From assembly GCA_964612555.1 (NCBI GenBank), contig CAZTBW010000008.1, positions 71,404-135,403 on the forward strand: DNA of 64,000 nt, given 5' to 3'. Source of the DNA: an uncultured Bdellovibrionales bacterium (GTDB taxonomy: Bacteria; Bdellovibrionota_C; UBA2361; SZUA-149; DAOLCO01). The number at the start of each line of letters is the position of its first letter. The stretch's first letter is position 1. This document shows positions 61,726 through 64,000 of this stretch, in pieces. The position numbers were made by a program, and so were the translations under genes. Under the pieces are notes generated by a model that was given only the letters and a program-made list of their open reading frames with translations, ran no database searches and was not told the origin of the DNA.

Positions 61726-63139
61726 CGAAGGTATAAAGATTTTCAGTTTTTACTATATCAAGTCCCTGCTTGATGATTTGCTCATATAGTCTCACCAGCT
61801 CAGTGTTATTGACAAGAGTCTCGCTTATAAAGCGACATCTCCAGTGGTCTGAGGTGAGCGTTTCTTTCTTTCCTTCAGGCCACATCTTTATTCCCCGATT
61901 GGTGATAAATAGCAGTTTAAGAGGGGAGTTGTGAGATGCCGTATCAAGAAGTTGTGAAATGGTGGTGACATCTCTTGAGGAGTCATCAAGAAAGATATCT
62001 ATTCCTTCAAGTGCCTTGGTTTGTGTGGAGGGTTTAGATACCGAGATTTTTATTTCTCTTGCGGTGCCATACTGAATTGGGGTTAGAGTAGATGGTTTGT
62101 TTCCAAGGTTCTGGATTACTGCGGTGGCAAATTCGCTGGTACCAACAAGTTGTTTTGAGTTTGTGATAGAGTGAATATCCCCTGTATGGATGCCCTCTTC
62201 AAGTGTTTTCAGCCAGGCATTCTGGATTTTTTCTGCAACGACAGGCTCTCCAAGATGTACCAGCATCATAATCGCTGCATTTATTAACCCACTCGGGTTT
62301 GCTTTGTTCTCCCCTGCAATATCCGGTGCAGAACCATGGATTGCTTCAAACATGGAAGCACGTTCGCCAATGTTAGACGAACCACCCAAACCTACAGAAC
62401 CGGCAATCTGTGCTGCAACATCACTCATGATGTCACCATAGAGATTTCCCATTACAAGAACATCAAATATCTCCGGAGTATCAGCAAGCTTTGCAGCTCC
62501 GATGTCAATAATCCAGTGCTCTTTTTCAATCCGGGGGTACTCTTTTCCTACTTCATCAAATATTTTATGAAAAATCCCATCTGTCATTTTCATAATATTG
62601 TCTTTGGAAAAACAGGTTACCTTTTTTCTGTTGTTTTGAACCGCATATTCAAATGCATAGCGAATGATTTTTTCGCTTCCAGTCCTCGTAATGAGTTTTA
62701 AGCACTGATACGTGTCATTGGTCTGGCGGTGTTCTATGCCCGCATATAAATCCTCCTCGTTTTCACGTATGATGACCAGGTTCATTTTAGGGTGTTTGGT
62801 TTTTACAAAAGGGTGAAAAGAAACCACCGGGCGTACATTGGCAAAAAGTCCAAGGCTCTTTCGAATGGTAACATTCAGGCTCTTGTACCCCCCACCCTGA
62901 GGAGTGGTTATCGGAGCTTTCAGAAATACGTTGTTTTTTGTAAGAATCTTCCATGAATCTTCAGAGATACCAGAGGTATGACCCTGTAAATATGCTTTTT
63001 CGCCAACTTCAATTTCCTCATACTCAAGAGGGGCTCCGGCAGCATTAAGAATGCGCAGAGTTGCGTTCATTATTTCCGGTCCTATTCCGTCTCCTTTGGC
63101 AAGAGTAATTTTATGTGCCACGGGTTTTTCCTGATTCAT
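61697..63139 (-). CDS. icd: Isocitrate dehydrogenase, extended ~480-aa homodimeric type of the isocitrate/isopropylmalate dehydrogenase superfamily
   Basis: Start taken at MNQEKPVAHKITLAKGDGIGPEIM; the ORF track extends to a TTG at 63193, and either start is possible. Substrate/metal motifs (…NLYGDIMSD…); ~150-aa C-terminal extension as in the long bacterial ICDH subgroup. Confidence 0.7.
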   Translation of the reverse strand: MNQEKPVAHKITLAKGDGIGPEIMNATLRILNAAGAPLEYEEIEVGEKAYLQGHTSGISEDSWKILTKNNVFLKAPITTPQGGGYKSLNVTIRKSLGLFANVRPVVSFHPFVKTKHPKMNLVIIRENEEDLYAGIEHRQTNDTYQCLKLITRTGSEKIIRYAFEYAVQNNRKKVTCFSKDNIMKMTDGIFHKIFDEVGKEYPRIEKEHWIIDIGAAKLADTPEIFDVLVMGNLYGDIMSDVAAQIAGSVGLGGSSNIGERASMFEAIHGSAPDIAGENKANPSGLINAAIMMLVHLGEPVVAEKIQNAWLKTLEEGIHTGDIHSITNSKQLVGTSEFATAVIQNLGNKPSTLTPIQYGTAREIKISVSKPSTQTKALEGIDIFLDDSSRDVTTISQLLDTASHNSPLKLLFITNRGIKMWPEGKKETLTSDHWRCRFISETLVNNTELVRLYEQIIKQGLDIVKTENLYTFDGERGYSQE

Positions 63140-63286
63140 TAAAGAGTCTTTAAATTTTTGGCGAAGTGTAGATAGATTTCGGTGCTTTTGCAAAACTTAT
63201 TAAGAGTATCTCTATGACCTTCTCTTAAGCTGTGATAGATTGAAAGGCTGAAAAGTAAGTTTTAACACTATTATTAAGGACTTAGC

Positions 63287-64000
63287 ATGTCGTCTCATGA
63301 TAGGAAAATAGATGTGGGGGTGGTATTAGCCGCGGGGAAGGGGACTCGACTCTATTCGTCCTTGCCTAAGGTTCTTCACAGGGTAACCGGAAGATCAATG
63401 TTAGAGCGTTCCATAAGAGCGCTTGCCCCCTATGTTAAAGACAAGATTATCGTGGTTGCCGGTTTTGGTATCGATCTTGTACGAGAAGAGGTGCGGCGTA
63501 TTGAAGATAAATTGCCTTCGGTTTCAATCACTATTGTTGAACAAAAAGAGCAGCTCGGTACGGGGCATGCAGCTCAGTGCGCCCTCTCGCTTATTACTGA
63601 TGACGCCTCATCTGTATTAATCATACCGGGTGATTGTCCACTGATCGAGCCTGAAGTATTTGAAGAGTTTCTTGAAGGGCGATCTGTGACAGAGTTTTCT
63701 GTTCTTTCGTTTGAACTGGAAAACCCTTTTGGGTTTGGTCGAATTGTAAGAGATGACAAAGGCTATCTTTTAAAAATAGTAGAGGAGAAAGATTGCACTT
63801 CTCAGGAAAAAAATATTTCAGAAGTAAATTCAAGCATCATCTATGCGAGTAAAAATATATTAGCCACCTATCTTCCTAAACTTACTACTTCGAATGCTCA
63901 AGGAGAATATTATTTGACCGATGTTCCCGAGCTGATGAAGAAAGATGGAGAAAAAACTTCAGTTGTCAAAACTTCATCACCACACCTTGTTATGGGTGCA
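63287..64000 (+). CDS. glmU: Bifunctional UDP-N-acetylglucosamine pyrophosphorylase / GlcN-1-P N-acetyltransferase GlmU (N-terminal part; continues past the window end)
   Basis: MSSHDRKIDVGVVLAAGKGTRLYSSLPKVLH… (nucleotidyltransferase G-x-G-T-R motif), …QLGTGHA…; no stop before 64000. Confidence 0.8.
   Translation, partial: MSSHDRKIDVGVVLAAGKGTRLYSSLPKVLHRVTGRSMLERSIRALAPYVKDKIIVVAGFGIDLVREEVRRIEDKLPSVSITIVEQKEQLGTGHAAQCALSLITDDASSVLIIPGDCPLIEPEVFEEFLEGRSVTEFSVLSFELENPFGFGRIVRDDKGYLLKIVEEKDCTSQEKNISEVNSSIIYASKNILATYLPKLTTSNAQGEYYLTDVPELMKKDGEKTSVVKTSSPHLVMGA

Overview
This is a bacterial chromosomal segment of moderate GC with tightly packed genes. I found no rRNA, tRNA, CRISPR array, integrase or transposase. 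The left third (1-31 kb) is housekeeping: a sulfatase-family gene running off the 5' edge, a 1000-aa FAD-oxidase/Fe-S fusion, mscS, rsmG, mnmG, a lytic transglycosylase, rlmD, an M23 peptidase, ruvX and mltG. Then comes a Bat-like aerotolerance operon (MoxR AAA, DUF58, two vWA membrane proteins, a proline-rich secreted protein) preceded by a membrane protein with a ~470-aa polyacidic low-complexity tail. After that are trxB, an M48-peptidase/SPOR fusion lipoprotein, an RluA-family pseudouridine synthase, katG and a stand-alone DUF4143 AAA ATPase. The central ~21 kb (31.4-52.0 kb) is a visibly AT-rich surface-polysaccharide (O-antigen or capsule type) island using the Wzx/Wzy pathway. It carries a PglF/E/D-plus-PglC-like set for the initiating sugar, a complete WlbA/B/C (WbpB/D/E) triad plus a second WbpD/WbpB pair, the HisH/HisF/amidotransferase (WbuX/Y/Z-type) amidination trio, AsnB, an ATP-grasp ligase, extra acetyltransferases and two GT4 glycosyltransferases. 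The right end holds a Kef-type antiporter fused to tandem Usp domains, whose 5' end overlaps the startless remnant of a HigA-family antitoxin gene. It is followed by bioA-bioD, a hypothetical membrane protein, a PPTase, a large multi-TM protein, htpX, a GT-C-like membrane protein, an extended-type isocitrate dehydrogenase and the start of glmU. The most notable observations are the sugar chemistry implied by the polysaccharide island, the polyacidic protein heading the Bat operon, a 9-C homopolymer inside the second vWA gene, the M48-SPOR fusion and the HigA remnant.
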